From positions 25,614 to 89,613 of IMG/VR virus record IMGVR_UViG_3300031993_000018: a stretch of 64,000 nt of DNA. The stretch is one strand, 5' to 3'. Every line of letters begins with the position of its first letter. Position 1 is the stretch's first letter. A program made the translations under genes and the position numbers. Below are positions 23,341-33,220 of this stretch, piece by piece. The notes under the pieces are model-generated. The model was not told where the DNA came from, searched no databases, and worked only from the letters and a program-made list of their open reading frames with translations. The stretch comes from a virus. Taxonomy: Duplodnaviria; Heunggongvirae; Uroviricota; Caudoviricetes.

Positions 23341-23883
23341 ATGAAAAAAATTCTCGTTGTCGTCGACATGCAGAACGACTTTCTTACTGGCGCACTCGCC
23401 AATGAATCTGCTGTAAATGTTATCCCCAATATCAAGAGGGAAATCGAAAGTGGTAATTACACCCACATTATCTTTACAAGAGACACCCACACAAGTGATT
23501 ATCTGAAGACTCAGGAAGGTAAGCTCCTCCCTGTACCTCATTGTATCTATCTCACAAAGGGTTGGGAAGTCTGTGAGGAACTTGAGGATGCTGATTTCAA
23601 AGGCATTGAACCAATGTTCCTTGACAAACCGACATTTGGTTACAATGATTGGATTGGTTATTTTGACAATAACTATCTGATAGGTAATGACTCAGAGTTC
23701 ACATTTACCGGTACTTGCACCGACATCTGTGTAGTAAGTAATGCACTTGCAATCAAGGCAGCCTTCCCTGAAGCAAAGGTAAGATGTCTTGCTGACTGCT
23801 GTGCACCTCTCTTTGGTGACCCCAAGAGACAGGAATCAGCACTCACTGTCATGGAATCATGTCAGGTGGAAGTTGTTAGGTAA
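23341..23883 (+). CDS. pncA: nicotinamidase (isochorismatase family)
   Basis: VVDMQNDF, TRDTH, HC..TKGW, DKPTFG, GTCTDICV. Confidence 0.88.
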   Translation: MKKILVVVDMQNDFLTGALANESAVNVIPNIKREIESGNYTHIIFTRDTHTSDYLKTQEGKLLPVPHCIYLTKGWEVCEELEDADFKGIEPMFLDKPTFGYNDWIGYFDNNYLIGNDSEFTFTGTCTDICVVSNALAIKAAFPEAKVRCLADCCAPLFGDPKRQESALTVMESCQVEVVR

Positions 23884-23899
23884 TTGAAAGTGGGTAGTT

Positions 23900-24721
23900 A
23901 TGGAATACGTCGCCGGAAGATCAAATCTCGCTTGTACTATCTTTGTACCCTTTGATTGTGACAATAATTGTCCTTTCTGTACTTCAAAGTGGATGTACAG
24001 GGAATCTGGAATTGAAATGAACATTGACAGAATCCTTGAAATGATAAGGTATGTCAATGAATCACCTGTCATTTCAGAATTTGTCATTACCGGTGGTGAA
24101 CCTACTGCCAATCTCACACTTCTCAAAAAGATTGTTGATGTCTGTCAGAAAAAGGTATTTATCAACACCACCCTCCCCAAGAAAAACATTGATGCTGTTA
24201 TTGAGTATCTGAATAGTGAGGATAAGATTTGTGGTGTCAATGTTTCCCGTCAGTTTGGTAAGCTCAACAATCTTTATAAGTATGTCGCCAGTCCTGAAGA
24301 CATTCTTAAAATCAGGACTTCCATCAGAATCAATGTGATGAGAACCAAGGATTGGATCGAGAACCTGGACCAGTTTATGGAAACCTGGATCAGAAGGTCT
24401 GACATTCTCCTCAATCTACGTGAGGATTACCGTTACATCACAAAGGAAAATCTCAAGCTCAGGAATGATATAGTTGATTACCTCGCAAACCGTTTCGTGT
24501 ATGTTGGAGGTAGTGGTTGTATGGTTTGTAATGGTGAGACATTCGTCAATCCTAATACAGACCAGTTTATCCACTATCACAGAGGTATTGAACACTCTTG
24601 TGTGAGATATGCAGACAGAACCTATGTCAATGATGTCATTATCCGTCCGGATGGAAGGGTATATGATGACTGGGACTGGTCTGTTGAGATGGATGGAGAT
24701 ACAATTAAACATATCAAGTGA
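23900..24721 (+). CDS. radical SAM enzyme, candidate peptide maturase
   Basis: CDNNCPFC motif, TGGEP, extra GCMVC..C near the C-terminus. Confidence 0.85.
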   Translation: MEYVAGRSNLACTIFVPFDCDNNCPFCTSKWMYRESGIEMNIDRILEMIRYVNESPVISEFVITGGEPTANLTLLKKIVDVCQKKVFINTTLPKKNIDAVIEYLNSEDKICGVNVSRQFGKLNNLYKYVASPEDILKIRTSIRINVMRTKDWIENLDQFMETWIRRSDILLNLREDYRYITKENLKLRNDIVDYLANRFVYVGGSGCMVCNGETFVNPNTDQFIHYHRGIEHSCVRYADRTYVNDVIIRPDGRVYDDWDWSVEMDGDTIKHIK

Positions 24722-24763
24722 TTATAACCAAGAAATTTATTGATATAACAAAATAAGAAAACT

Positions 24764-24916
24764 ATGTGTGGATATTCTAATTACAGATACTCCAGTGGCT
24801 GTGGATCATCAGGCTGTGGATCATCAGGTTGCGGAGGTGGAGATTACAGACAATATCGTCCATCATATGGTGGATGTGGTTCATCAGGTTGTGGGGGATC
24901 CTGGGGTTGTGGTTAA
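24764..24916 (+). CDS. 50-aa Cys/Gly/Ser-rich repeat peptide (candidate RiPP precursor)
   Basis: MCGYSNYRYSSGCGSSGCGSSGCGGGDYRQYRPSYGGCGSSGCGGSWGCG*, 42 nt after the rSAM stop, A-rich leader; repeats vary at synonymous positions (ggc tgt/ggt tgc/ggt tgt). Confidence 0.8.
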   Translation: MCGYSNYRYSSGCGSSGCGSSGCGGGDYRQYRPSYGGCGSSGCGGSWGCG

Positions 24917-24971
24917 AAAAATTGGAAAACCCAAAATAAAACATTATATTTGTAACAAGAAAGTAAAAGAT

Positions 24972-25802
24972 ATGATTACAGTAAATCACAGATTAGTAAA
25001 AGTTGGGCATTTCCCTGATGGTACACAGTGTATTGTGTTTCCATCTGATGCCCTCTGGAAAGAGCTGGATAATCCAAATGAGATTTCCTGGTATTATGAT
25101 TCGGATGAAGAGTTATTTACTCTTGCATGCACTGTGGACTGGATTCACAGGACTGATGTAAAGAAGAGCAGACTCATTCTGAATCTCCCCTATGTTCCCA
25201 ATGCCAGAATGGACAGAATCAAGGATGATATTGAGAATTTCTCACTTAAGGTATTTGCAAATTTCATCAACTCAATGGGATTTGATGAAGTCAATGTGTA
25301 CAATGTCCATTCCAATGTAAGTGAGGCACTGATTAACAGTGTACATTCTTCAAAACCTGCTGCTGATATTATTTCAGCAATAGACAAATATCAACCAGAT
25401 GTCATTTTCTTCCCAGATGAAGGTGCATGTAAAAGGTATTATGACCTGGGAGTCATCAAGAATTCCGGTCTCCCTGTTACATTCGGTATCAAGAAAAGAG
25501 ACTGGAAGACAGGAAAAATCCAGGGATTGAATGTCATTTCAGATATTGACCTCACTGGAAAGAAGGTTCTTATCATTGATGACATCTGTTCGGCTGGTGG
25601 AACATTCAAGTTCTCTGCAATAAAACTCAAGGAGATGGGTGCTTCTGATGTTGCTCTTTATGTATCACACTGTGAGGACAATATTCAGAATGGAGACCTC
25701 CTTAAGACTGACCTGGTATCAAAGATTTATACCACAGACTCAATCCTCCACATCACTGATCCCAAGATTGAGATTATACACAAAATGAGAATAACACTAT
25801 GA
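24972..25802 (+). CDS. prs: ribose-phosphate pyrophosphokinase-like protein (Prs/Adps)
   Basis: HFPDG, LPYVPNARMDR, VHS, FFPDEGA, IIDDICSAGGTF, YVSH. Start moved to 24972 after a promoter-like element at 24921-24952. Confidence 0.9.
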   Translation: MITVNHRLVKVGHFPDGTQCIVFPSDALWKELDNPNEISWYYDSDEELFTLACTVDWIHRTDVKKSRLILNLPYVPNARMDRIKDDIENFSLKVFANFINSMGFDEVNVYNVHSNVSEALINSVHSSKPAADIISAIDKYQPDVIFFPDEGACKRYYDLGVIKNSGLPVTFGIKKRDWKTGKIQGLNVISDIDLTGKKVLIIDDICSAGGTFKFSAIKLKEMGASDVALYVSHCEDNIQNGDLLKTDLVSKIYTTDSILHITDPKIEIIHKMRITL

Positions 25803-26710
25803 GTATAATGAATTATAAGATATTTGAATCATCCAATAAGGATGTAAAGAAGTTTGTCTTCACAAAAGACAATGAAGATGGTACCAGGGATATTGCCGTT
25901 GAGGCAGTCCTTTACAGATATGGAAACTATGCAACCAGGACCGTCATCTGTTGTTCAACCCAGTGTGGTTGTCCTGTAGGATGCAGTTTCTGTGGAACAG
26001 GAAAGTTCTTTGTAAGAAACCTCACCTGGGAGGAGATATGTGAACAGGTTATATCAGTTCTTTCAACCATTGACTGTGAGACCTCTGAAATCAAGAAGTT
26101 CCAGATTATGTTTATGAGTATGGGTGAACCCTTCCTCAACTACTACAATCTGGAAACTGCAATCAGAGTACTGCATGAGAAATATCCCAATGCACAGCTT
26201 CTTGTCAGTACATCTGCACCCACATCAATGAAGAATCACTTTGATGAGTTCATTGCTCTTTCAAAGGAGATTGACAAGGTTGGTTTGCAGTTCTCTGTCC
26301 ATGAGTCTCTTGATGAGAACAGAAGGAAACTCATTCCCACCAACACATCAACCCTGAAGGAGATTTCAGAATATGGTGAACTCTGGGCATCCCAGGTAGG
26401 AAGAAAGGTGTTCTACAACTATTGTGTACACCCGGGTAATGATTCGGAGGAGGATGCAGACAGACTTATCAAACTGTTCAACCCCGCTTGTTGGGAAACA
26501 ACCCTTTCAGTCATCTGTGAAAAATCAGAAAGTGTGAAGTCAAGTATTGAAAGACAGCTTGAAATAATCAACACATTTGCAGGTTATCTCACCCAGAAAG
26601 GTGCATCCCTCAGAATATTCAACCCTGCCGGACAGGATGACATAGGTGGTGGTTGTGGTCAGCTCTGGTTTTTCCAGGAATGGCTCAAAAAGAGAAATAA
26701 TAACAAATAA
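25799..26710 (+). CDS. RlmN/Cfr-family radical SAM RNA methyltransferase (N-terminally short)
   Basis: ICCSTQCGCPVGCSFC, FMSMGEP, SVH, DIGGGCGQL with the catalytic Cys. Confidence 0.85.
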   Translation: MSIMNYKIFESSNKDVKKFVFTKDNEDGTRDIAVEAVLYRYGNYATRTVICCSTQCGCPVGCSFCGTGKFFVRNLTWEEICEQVISVLSTIDCETSEIKKFQIMFMSMGEPFLNYYNLETAIRVLHEKYPNAQLLVSTSAPTSMKNHFDEFIALSKEIDKVGLQFSVHESLDENRRKLIPTNTSTLKEISEYGELWASQVGRKVFYNYCVHPGNDSEEDADRLIKLFNPACWETTLSVICEKSESVKSSIERQLEIINTFAGYLTQKGASLRIFNPAGQDDIGGGCGQLWFFQEWLKKRNNNK

Positions 26711-26740
26711 TCATTTATACAATTAAAATCTTATATAGAT

Positions 26741-28237
26741 ATGATTAATAATACTTTAGCAATTCTTTTGTGTGACACTTATAAGACTTGTCACAACCGT
26801 ATGTACCCGAAGAACCTTAAGAAACTTACATCTTATTGGGTACCCCGTAGATCAATGTTTGAGAAACCTGAAAACCAGAAGATGGTCTGGTTTGGTATGC
26901 AGGCCTTTGTCCAGGAGTGGCTCATTGACTACTTCCAGAGAAACTTCTTTGATCTTCCTCTCAACAGAGTAATGAAGGAATACAAGTTCACAATGAATAT
27001 CCAGATTGGTGAGGGTAACTATGATGTTGAACCCATTGAAAATCTTCACACACTTGGTTATCTTCCTTTGGAGATCAATGCTCTTCCTGAGGGTTCACTG
27101 GTGAATATGGGTGTTCCTTGTATTGAGATTACAAATACAGTTGATGGATTTGCATGGTTGGTTCAGTGGATTGAGTGTATCCTCCAGTCTGAACTTTGGA
27201 AGACTTCAAACCATGCCACAATCGGTCATATGTACTACAAGTTGGCAAAGTACTGGTATGACAAGTCTGTTGATGACAACATTGATCCGCGAAATGCATT
27301 CGCAGATTTTGGAATGAGAGGTATGTCTTGTATGAATGAGGCTGTCCGCTGTTCAGCAGCCTGGCTTCTCTCATCAAACAAGACCAGTACCATAGCAGCA
27401 ATTCCTTATCTGGATGAGTATTATGATGCAGACTGTTCATTCAACCATATAGGTGTTGGCGCAGTTTCTACTGAACACTCTGTAATGGGTGCCAACTATG
27501 CCCTTGATGGTGATGAGAGAACCTTTGTAAAGAGACTTCTCACTGAACTATATCCTACATCAAGTTTCTCAATGGTATCTGATACCTATGACTACTGGAA
27601 TATGGTAGAGAACATCATTCCTTCACTCAAGGATGAGATTCTTGCACACAAGGGTAAACTCCTTATCCGCCCTGACTCTGGTGACCAGTATGAGACCACA
27701 GTTGAGACTGTCCAGAAACTCTGGGATTCTTTCGGTGGTACTGTCAACAGTAAGGGTTACAAGGTACTTGACTCACACATTGGTGTAATCCTGGGTGACG
27801 GATGTACTCTTAATGTACTCCGCAAGATCTGGAAGGAACTTGACCGTCGTGGATTTGCCGCCAACAATGCCATCTTTGGTGTGGGTGCTTTCTGCTTCAC
27901 TGCAATATTTGAGGGTGACAAGATGATTGTCAACACCAGAGATACCTATGGTTGTGCTTGTAAGGCTACCTATGGTGTATTTGGTGACCAGGAACTCAAA
28001 ATCTATAAGGATCCCAAGACTGATACATCACATCTCAAGAAGTCTCACAGAGGTCTTGTATTTGTGGAGAAGGTTGATGGTGAATATATCTACAAGGATG
28101 ACATGCTTCAGGCAGAATATGATGAGTATGCAAAGACTCACAAGTCAGCTCTGAGAACAGTCTTCAAGGATGGTAAGATGCACAACCGTGAGACCTTCAC
28201 AACTATCCGTGACCGTCTCGCTAATGAAAAGGATTAA
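26741..28237 (+). CDS. nadV: nicotinamide/nicotinate phosphoribosyltransferase-fold enzyme (Nampt/Namat-like)
   Basis: DTYKTCH..MYP, DFGMRG, TEHSVM, VSDTYD, IRPDSGD, GDG, GVGAF, RDTYG, KDPKTD..KKS.RG. Confidence 0.9.
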   Translation: MINNTLAILLCDTYKTCHNRMYPKNLKKLTSYWVPRRSMFEKPENQKMVWFGMQAFVQEWLIDYFQRNFFDLPLNRVMKEYKFTMNIQIGEGNYDVEPIENLHTLGYLPLEINALPEGSLVNMGVPCIEITNTVDGFAWLVQWIECILQSELWKTSNHATIGHMYYKLAKYWYDKSVDDNIDPRNAFADFGMRGMSCMNEAVRCSAAWLLSSNKTSTIAAIPYLDEYYDADCSFNHIGVGAVSTEHSVMGANYALDGDERTFVKRLLTELYPTSSFSMVSDTYDYWNMVENIIPSLKDEILAHKGKLLIRPDSGDQYETTVETVQKLWDSFGGTVNSKGYKVLDSHIGVILGDGCTLNVLRKIWKELDRRGFAANNAIFGVGAFCFTAIFEGDKMIVNTRDTYGCACKATYGVFGDQELKIYKDPKTDTSHLKKSHRGLVFVEKVDGEYIYKDDMLQAEYDEYAKTHKSALRTVFKDGKMHNRETFTTIRDRLANEKD

Positions 28238-28240
28238 GAT

Positions 28241-28774
28241 ATGGCAACAAACAGACATCTTATAGACATTTATAAGGCAATCTATCTTCTGGATGGTGTT
28301 AGAGAACCGTTTGATTTTTTCGGTCCCAACCATCCGAAGATTGGTGATAAGGTAAGTCCAAGTATTTACTTCTCCTATGACTTCACATATAAGTTAGACA
28401 AGATTCCACATAATTGCAAACTCACCAAGGAAGACATCCTTTCAAATAAATGGGTTTGTACAAAAATCCGTCAGAAAGACTATCACTCATATGTGACTTT
28501 CAGATCAGTTGACAAGATTGATGGAAAGAGAAGGAATATTACATATACTGATGAATATGGTCTGACCTGTGAGATTGTGGATATGCCGGAGAAGGCAAAA
28601 CTTATCATTGACTATAAGAATGGTAAGTACACCAGAATTGAACTGTTCAGGATATTCCAACAGAAGGGTTATACAGCCAGTGTATTCTTCACCTCATTAC
28701 TTGGTAGTCTGGAAATGAATGCTGAGGAATATCTCCAGGTGATTGATGAACTTAATAAGGAGGGTAAGATATGA
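28241..28774 (+). CDS. hypothetical protein inside the NAD operon
   Basis: 177-aa ORF coupled to its neighbours. Confidence 0.7.
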   Translation: MATNRHLIDIYKAIYLLDGVREPFDFFGPNHPKIGDKVSPSIYFSYDFTYKLDKIPHNCKLTKEDILSNKWVCTKIRQKDYHSYVTFRSVDKIDGKRRNITYTDEYGLTCEIVDMPEKAKLIIDYKNGKYTRIELFRIFQQKGYTASVFFTSLLGSLEMNAEEYLQVIDELNKEGKI

Positions 28775-29286
28775 TTAAAGAAGTTGAAGGCAATTTATTA
28801 ACATATCCTGGTCTTGAAGTTATAGGGCACCAGGTTAACTGTTTAGGAATAATGGGTGCAGGAATAGCAAGACAAATCAAGGAGAAGAATCCGGAACTGT
28901 ATAAGGCATATGTCTGGTTGTGTAAGGATGGTGTTGAGACTCCTGACCCCCACAAACTGTTGGGAAGAATCCAGATTGTCAAGACAGATGACGGTAAACA
29001 GTATGTTGCCAATCTCTTTGGTGAGTATTCTTTCTGTGAGAGTGTCGCACCATATGAGGAGGGTGGAAAACCCAGACACACTGATTATGATGCTCTGAAG
29101 GAATGTCTTCACAGACTCCACACCTGGATGGTCCTGAATGACATTGAGAAAGGTGGACTTCCTGATCATATAGGATGTGGTCTTGCTGGTGGTGATTGGA
29201 ATGGTGTTGTCTATCCTATGATTAAGAAAGAGTTTGAGGAGGATGAAGACATCACAATGTACATAGTAAAATACAATAAAAGATAA
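28771..29286 (+). CDS. macrodomain protein (Poa1p/DarG/TARG1-like)
   Basis: GNLL, HQVNCLGIMGAGIA, ANLFG, IGCGLAGGDW. Confidence 0.88.
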   Translation: MIKEVEGNLLTYPGLEVIGHQVNCLGIMGAGIARQIKEKNPELYKAYVWLCKDGVETPDPHKLLGRIQIVKTDDGKQYVANLFGEYSFCESVAPYEEGGKPRHTDYDALKECLHRLHTWMVLNDIEKGGLPDHIGCGLAGGDWNGVVYPMIKKEFEEDEDITMYIVKYNKR

Positions 29287-29291
29287 AGAAT

Positions 29292-30080
29292 ATGGAAAAT
29301 TATAGTTTTAATGTAGAAAAGGTAACCAGGGATTGTATCCAGTGGATTAAGGATTGGTTTGAAAAGAATGGCCCTGGATGTAATGCAATTATAGGAATGT
29401 CAGGTGGAAAGGACTCCACTGTCACAGCAAAACTTTGTGTAGAAGCTCTTGGTGCAGACCGTGTAATTGGTATTTCACTTCCAGATGGAAATCAGGGTAT
29501 CAATGATGCAGACAAGATTTGTGCGCATTTCGGAATGAGATATATGATAGCAAATATTGGTCCTGCATGTGATGGTATCAGAAACCTTTCTATTGTTGAC
29601 AATGGAATGGTCAAGAATGGTATGTGGACTGAACAGGCAGAACAGAACCTTCCTGCAAGAATTAGAATGACAATGCTTTATGCAATTGCACAGACCAACA
29701 ATGGTAGAGTTGCAAACACCTGTAACCTCTCTGAGGACTATGTAGGTTATGCTACCCTGTATGGTGATTCTGCCGGAAGTTTTGCACCCCTGTCACATCT
29801 GACAGTAACAGAGATTTACCAGATTGGTGACTATCTTGGTATCCCTTACCAGTGGGTTCACAAGACTCCTGATGATGGTCTTCCCCATTCTTCATCTGAT
29901 GAAGAGAAGTTTGGTTTCACATATGCTGAACTGGACAAATACATCAGGGAGGACATCATGCCGATAGGTAAGTGCAGTAACTCAAATGAGTTCAAGTTTG
30001 ACAAGATCAAGAGGATGTATGAGAAGAATAAGTTTAAGACTGAAATCATCCAGATCCCTTGCTTTAAACCTGTCTTTTAA
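29292..30080 (+). CDS. nadE: NH3-dependent NAD+ synthetase
   Basis: SGGKDS, N..ARIRM..LY, TCNLSE..VGY.TLYGD, PDDGL..DE; terminator at ~30083-30110. Confidence 0.93.
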   Translation: MENYSFNVEKVTRDCIQWIKDWFEKNGPGCNAIIGMSGGKDSTVTAKLCVEALGADRVIGISLPDGNQGINDADKICAHFGMRYMIANIGPACDGIRNLSIVDNGMVKNGMWTEQAEQNLPARIRMTMLYAIAQTNNGRVANTCNLSEDYVGYATLYGDSAGSFAPLSHLTVTEIYQIGDYLGIPYQWVHKTPDDGLPHSSSDEEKFGFTYAELDKYIREDIMPIGKCSNSNEFKFDKIKRMYEKNKFKTEIIQIPCFKPVF

Positions 30081-30151
30081 ATAGAAAGTGGGAGTAATAT
30101 CCCACTTTTTCCATAAATACCATAAAATTTACATTTATAATCGTTAATGTT

Positions 30152-31349
30152 ATGGAACTTAATGAGTCTATAAATGAGTCCGGATGGTCTGAAGAAGATG
30201 AATCAAATTTCAAGAAATTGGATGATGATTTGTGGACTTTCTTTTCCTGGCATATGAAAGACCCATCAGGTGTAAATGGTGTCCCTGATATTTCAGTTAG
30301 TATCAGTGGTTTAATAAATGACACATTATCAAGGTATTATCCAAAATGTGATACCAGGGAAAATTTGAGAAATGTCATTAATGAACTATATGTAAGGGAA
30401 GTCAGAATAAACATCAGTCCCAGAGAAAAGACTGAATACACCCCATACAGCGAAAAGGAATTGATTGAACTTGTAAGGGGGAAAGTGGTAGGTGGAAAAC
30501 GGTGCGAAATATACGGCGTAACGAAAGATGGAGAAACAATTCACTTAAAATATGAGTGGGTAGTATAAAAAGAGGTTCAAATGAACCTCTTTTTTTATTG
30601 ATTTATTTGGATTTCTGACATAAAATTGTTATCTTTGTATAGGATAAACATGATCAATCTATGACTATAAATGTTAATGAGGTTGTATATAGTCCTGGAG
30701 AAAAGGATTATATTAGAGAAAAAGAATATGAATTGGAGATTCCGGATGGGAAAATCTTTGATAAGATAACCATAGATTCTCCAACCTATTGGTATGCAAC
30801 AATAGATGGAAAACTGTTCAAGTCTGACCAGGGAAATGGTGTAAAGTCTATCCTGTTTTCTTCAAAGGAGACTCTTACTCAACGTCTTGCAGAAGCTCTT
30901 TATTGGAGAAAGGGACTTATCCCCAGGATTGGTCAGGGTGTCGGTTATGACACTGATGATTTCTATGAGAAACTTGTCAAGACATTCAATGTTGAATTCA
31001 AAACAGTACAGTTCTAATGGATAAGTTGACTGAATTTATACATGATCTCCTCAGAAGGGGTATGCATATATCCGGTGTCAGTCTCCGGGGTGGAGTGTTG
31101 GCATATGACCTGGAAGGATTTGCCAAATCCGGACATGGCACACTTTTTGTTGAGGATGATGTGATAAAACTGGAGACCAGATATAATCAGATAGATGAGA
31201 TTCATTCCCTTTCTGACCTGGTTAGAGTTGCTTATGACTGGGATTGTGGATATTGCAGTAAAAACAGCATATACACAGTCTATGGGGTCAGAAATGAGTG
31301 GAGAAAACTTTATGAGGAATTTGGTTACAACACAGATAATCTGAGATAA
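30152..31349 (+). other. three hypothetical CDS (30152-30568, 30661-31017, 31017-31349)
   Basis: ORF track; terminator ~30567-30598 and sigma-A promoter 30606-30637. Confidence 0.7.
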
Positions 31350-31350
31350 T

Positions 31351-33219
31351 ATGGACAACAAGCAGTTATACGACCAGGCAAAAGAGGCCTATTACAATGG
31401 TGAACCTATTATGACTGACCTTGAGTTTGATGAACTTGAGGAGGAACTCGGTTTGGAAAACAAGGGATATGTGGGTACACATCATCAGAAGTCATATACG
31501 GTGAAACATCCTTTCCTTATGGGTAGTCTCTCCAAGATTCAGATCAAGGAGAAGGAAGACCATACAATACCCTGGATGTTTTATGATCATGAAATAATAA
31601 AATACCTCAAAAAGGCAAATGGTTATTTCTCACGGGGTTGGTTCTATGAGGTAACCCCAAAGTATGACGGTTGTTCCTGGGAGGCAGTCATTGATCCCAA
31701 GGGAAACCTGGTATCTGTTTCCACTCGTGGAGATGGTGAATGGGGAAAGGACATCAAGGTCTGGTTTGAGAATGAATGGAAGACCAACTATGAACCTTAT
31801 GTAATGGATTATTACAGGTCAGCACTGGATGAACAGAGTTATTTCTTCCTCAAAGAGTTTGTAGTAAGAGGTGAGTGTCTGGTAAAGAAGTCCACCTTCC
31901 GGAATAAGTATGCAAAGGAGTTCACCCTTCCCCGTAGTTTTGTAGCAGGAGTACTTGGTCAGGACTGGGAAGGAAATGATGACCAGATGGAAATGAGAAA
32001 TGACCTCTCCTGGGTTGCATATGACTTCCGTGAGGTGTATGAGAACGGTACCATCATTGAACTCGGTTACACAAAGTATGATGAACTCTCCAAGTACACT
32101 CTGGGTAACAGACCTGATTTCATCATCACTGATGCAAGTATAGACATTAAAAACCTATATGATATCTTCGAGAAGGTCAGAAGAGACAGTGAGTTTGCAC
32201 TTGATGGTTTTGTGATAAAACCAGGCACCAAGTTCAGACTCCAGGATGGAGAGAGAACAAGACAGGAAGATTGTGTTGCTATCAAGTTCCTTCCTGAAAT
32301 TGTGGATGCAGAACTTATTGATGTTGAATGGAATGTAGGTAAGACTGGTGAGTATTACCCCACAGGTATTCTGAAGGAAATCATCATTGGTGGTAAGAAG
32401 AATGACAGGGTGAGTCTGTCAAACTATGGAAATATCATTAAGAACAATATAGGTATAGGATCCCATTTGAAGATCTCACTGGCAGGTGACATCATACCTT
32501 ACTGCTACAAGGTGGTGACCGGAGGTGAACCTGTGAAACTTCCTGAAGACTCTTATATTGATGGTGTTCACCTGATGAAGACATTGAGTCAGGAACAGAA
32601 GACATTCATCAAGTTCATCAACTCTGTCAATGTACTCAAACCAGATGGCATAGGTGAGAAGGTGGCAGAGAAACTCTTTGATCTCTTCCCGACAGACAAC
32701 ATTGTTGACTTTATGTTGTTCCCGGAAAGATGGGCACCACAGTTGGATGACAGTAAGTCTTCACAGAACATCATCAACTCCATAGAGGAGAGAAAGAAGA
32801 CTCTGACTCTTCCTGACCTTATACAGTCAATGGGATTTGAGAACTGTGGTGAAAAGAATGCACTGTGGTTGGCAAAGAAGTTCTCTGGACTGACTGTTGA
32901 TTCAAAGGGTATTCCCACAGCAATCATTGATTTGAGTGAGGACAGTAAGTACCAGTTCAATGTTTCCTATATGGTGAAAATGTTGGGTATCAAACTCCTG
33001 GAAGAGACAAAGACTGACGGTATTCCTGTCATCCTTACAGGTAGTCCCAAGGAGTGTGGATATAACACCAAACTGGACTTCCTCAAGACTCATCCTGAAT
33101 TCATAGAGACAACAAAGTGGAATGAGTGTAAGATTCTCTTTACTGATGACCTCAATTCCACCAGTTCAAAGATGGAGAAGGCAAAGAAACTTGGAATTGA
33201 AATAAAAAGATATATTTGA
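31351..33219 (+). CDS. ligA: NAD+-dependent DNA ligase
   Basis: Y..AKEAYY..G.P..TD.EFD.L, H..LMGSL.K, PKYDG, RGDG, VRGE, DGFVIK, A.KF, W.VGKTG, BRCT-like C-terminus. Confidence 0.93.
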   Translation: MDNKQLYDQAKEAYYNGEPIMTDLEFDELEEELGLENKGYVGTHHQKSYTVKHPFLMGSLSKIQIKEKEDHTIPWMFYDHEIIKYLKKANGYFSRGWFYEVTPKYDGCSWEAVIDPKGNLVSVSTRGDGEWGKDIKVWFENEWKTNYEPYVMDYYRSALDEQSYFFLKEFVVRGECLVKKSTFRNKYAKEFTLPRSFVAGVLGQDWEGNDDQMEMRNDLSWVAYDFREVYENGTIIELGYTKYDELSKYTLGNRPDFIITDASIDIKNLYDIFEKVRRDSEFALDGFVIKPGTKFRLQDGERTRQEDCVAIKFLPEIVDAELIDVEWNVGKTGEYYPTGILKEIIIGGKKNDRVSLSNYGNIIKNNIGIGSHLKISLAGDIIPYCYKVVTGGEPVKLPEDSYIDGVHLMKTLSQEQKTFIKFINSVNVLKPDGIGEKVAEKLFDLFPTDNIVDFMLFPERWAPQLDDSKSSQNIINSIEERKKTLTLPDLIQSMGFENCGEKNALWLAKKFSGLTVDSKGIPTAIIDLSEDSKYQFNVSYMVKMLGIKLLEETKTDGIPVILTGSPKECGYNTKLDFLKTHPEFIETTKWNECKILFTDDLNSTSSKMEKAKKLGIEIKRYI

Positions 33220-33220
33220 T

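Noticed and set aside
24790-24830. Short direct repeats (GGCTGTGGATCATCA) as a CRISPR or DNA repeat
   Set aside because: No spacers; explained by the SSGCG peptide repeat. No CRISPR array or cas gene was seen in the window.
24768-24971. N-terminal extension of the Prs ORF in the track (DHQAVDHQ...)
   Set aside because: It is an off-frame reading of the Cys/Gly peptide gene and overlaps a promoter-like element; the Prs-like protein begins at 24972.
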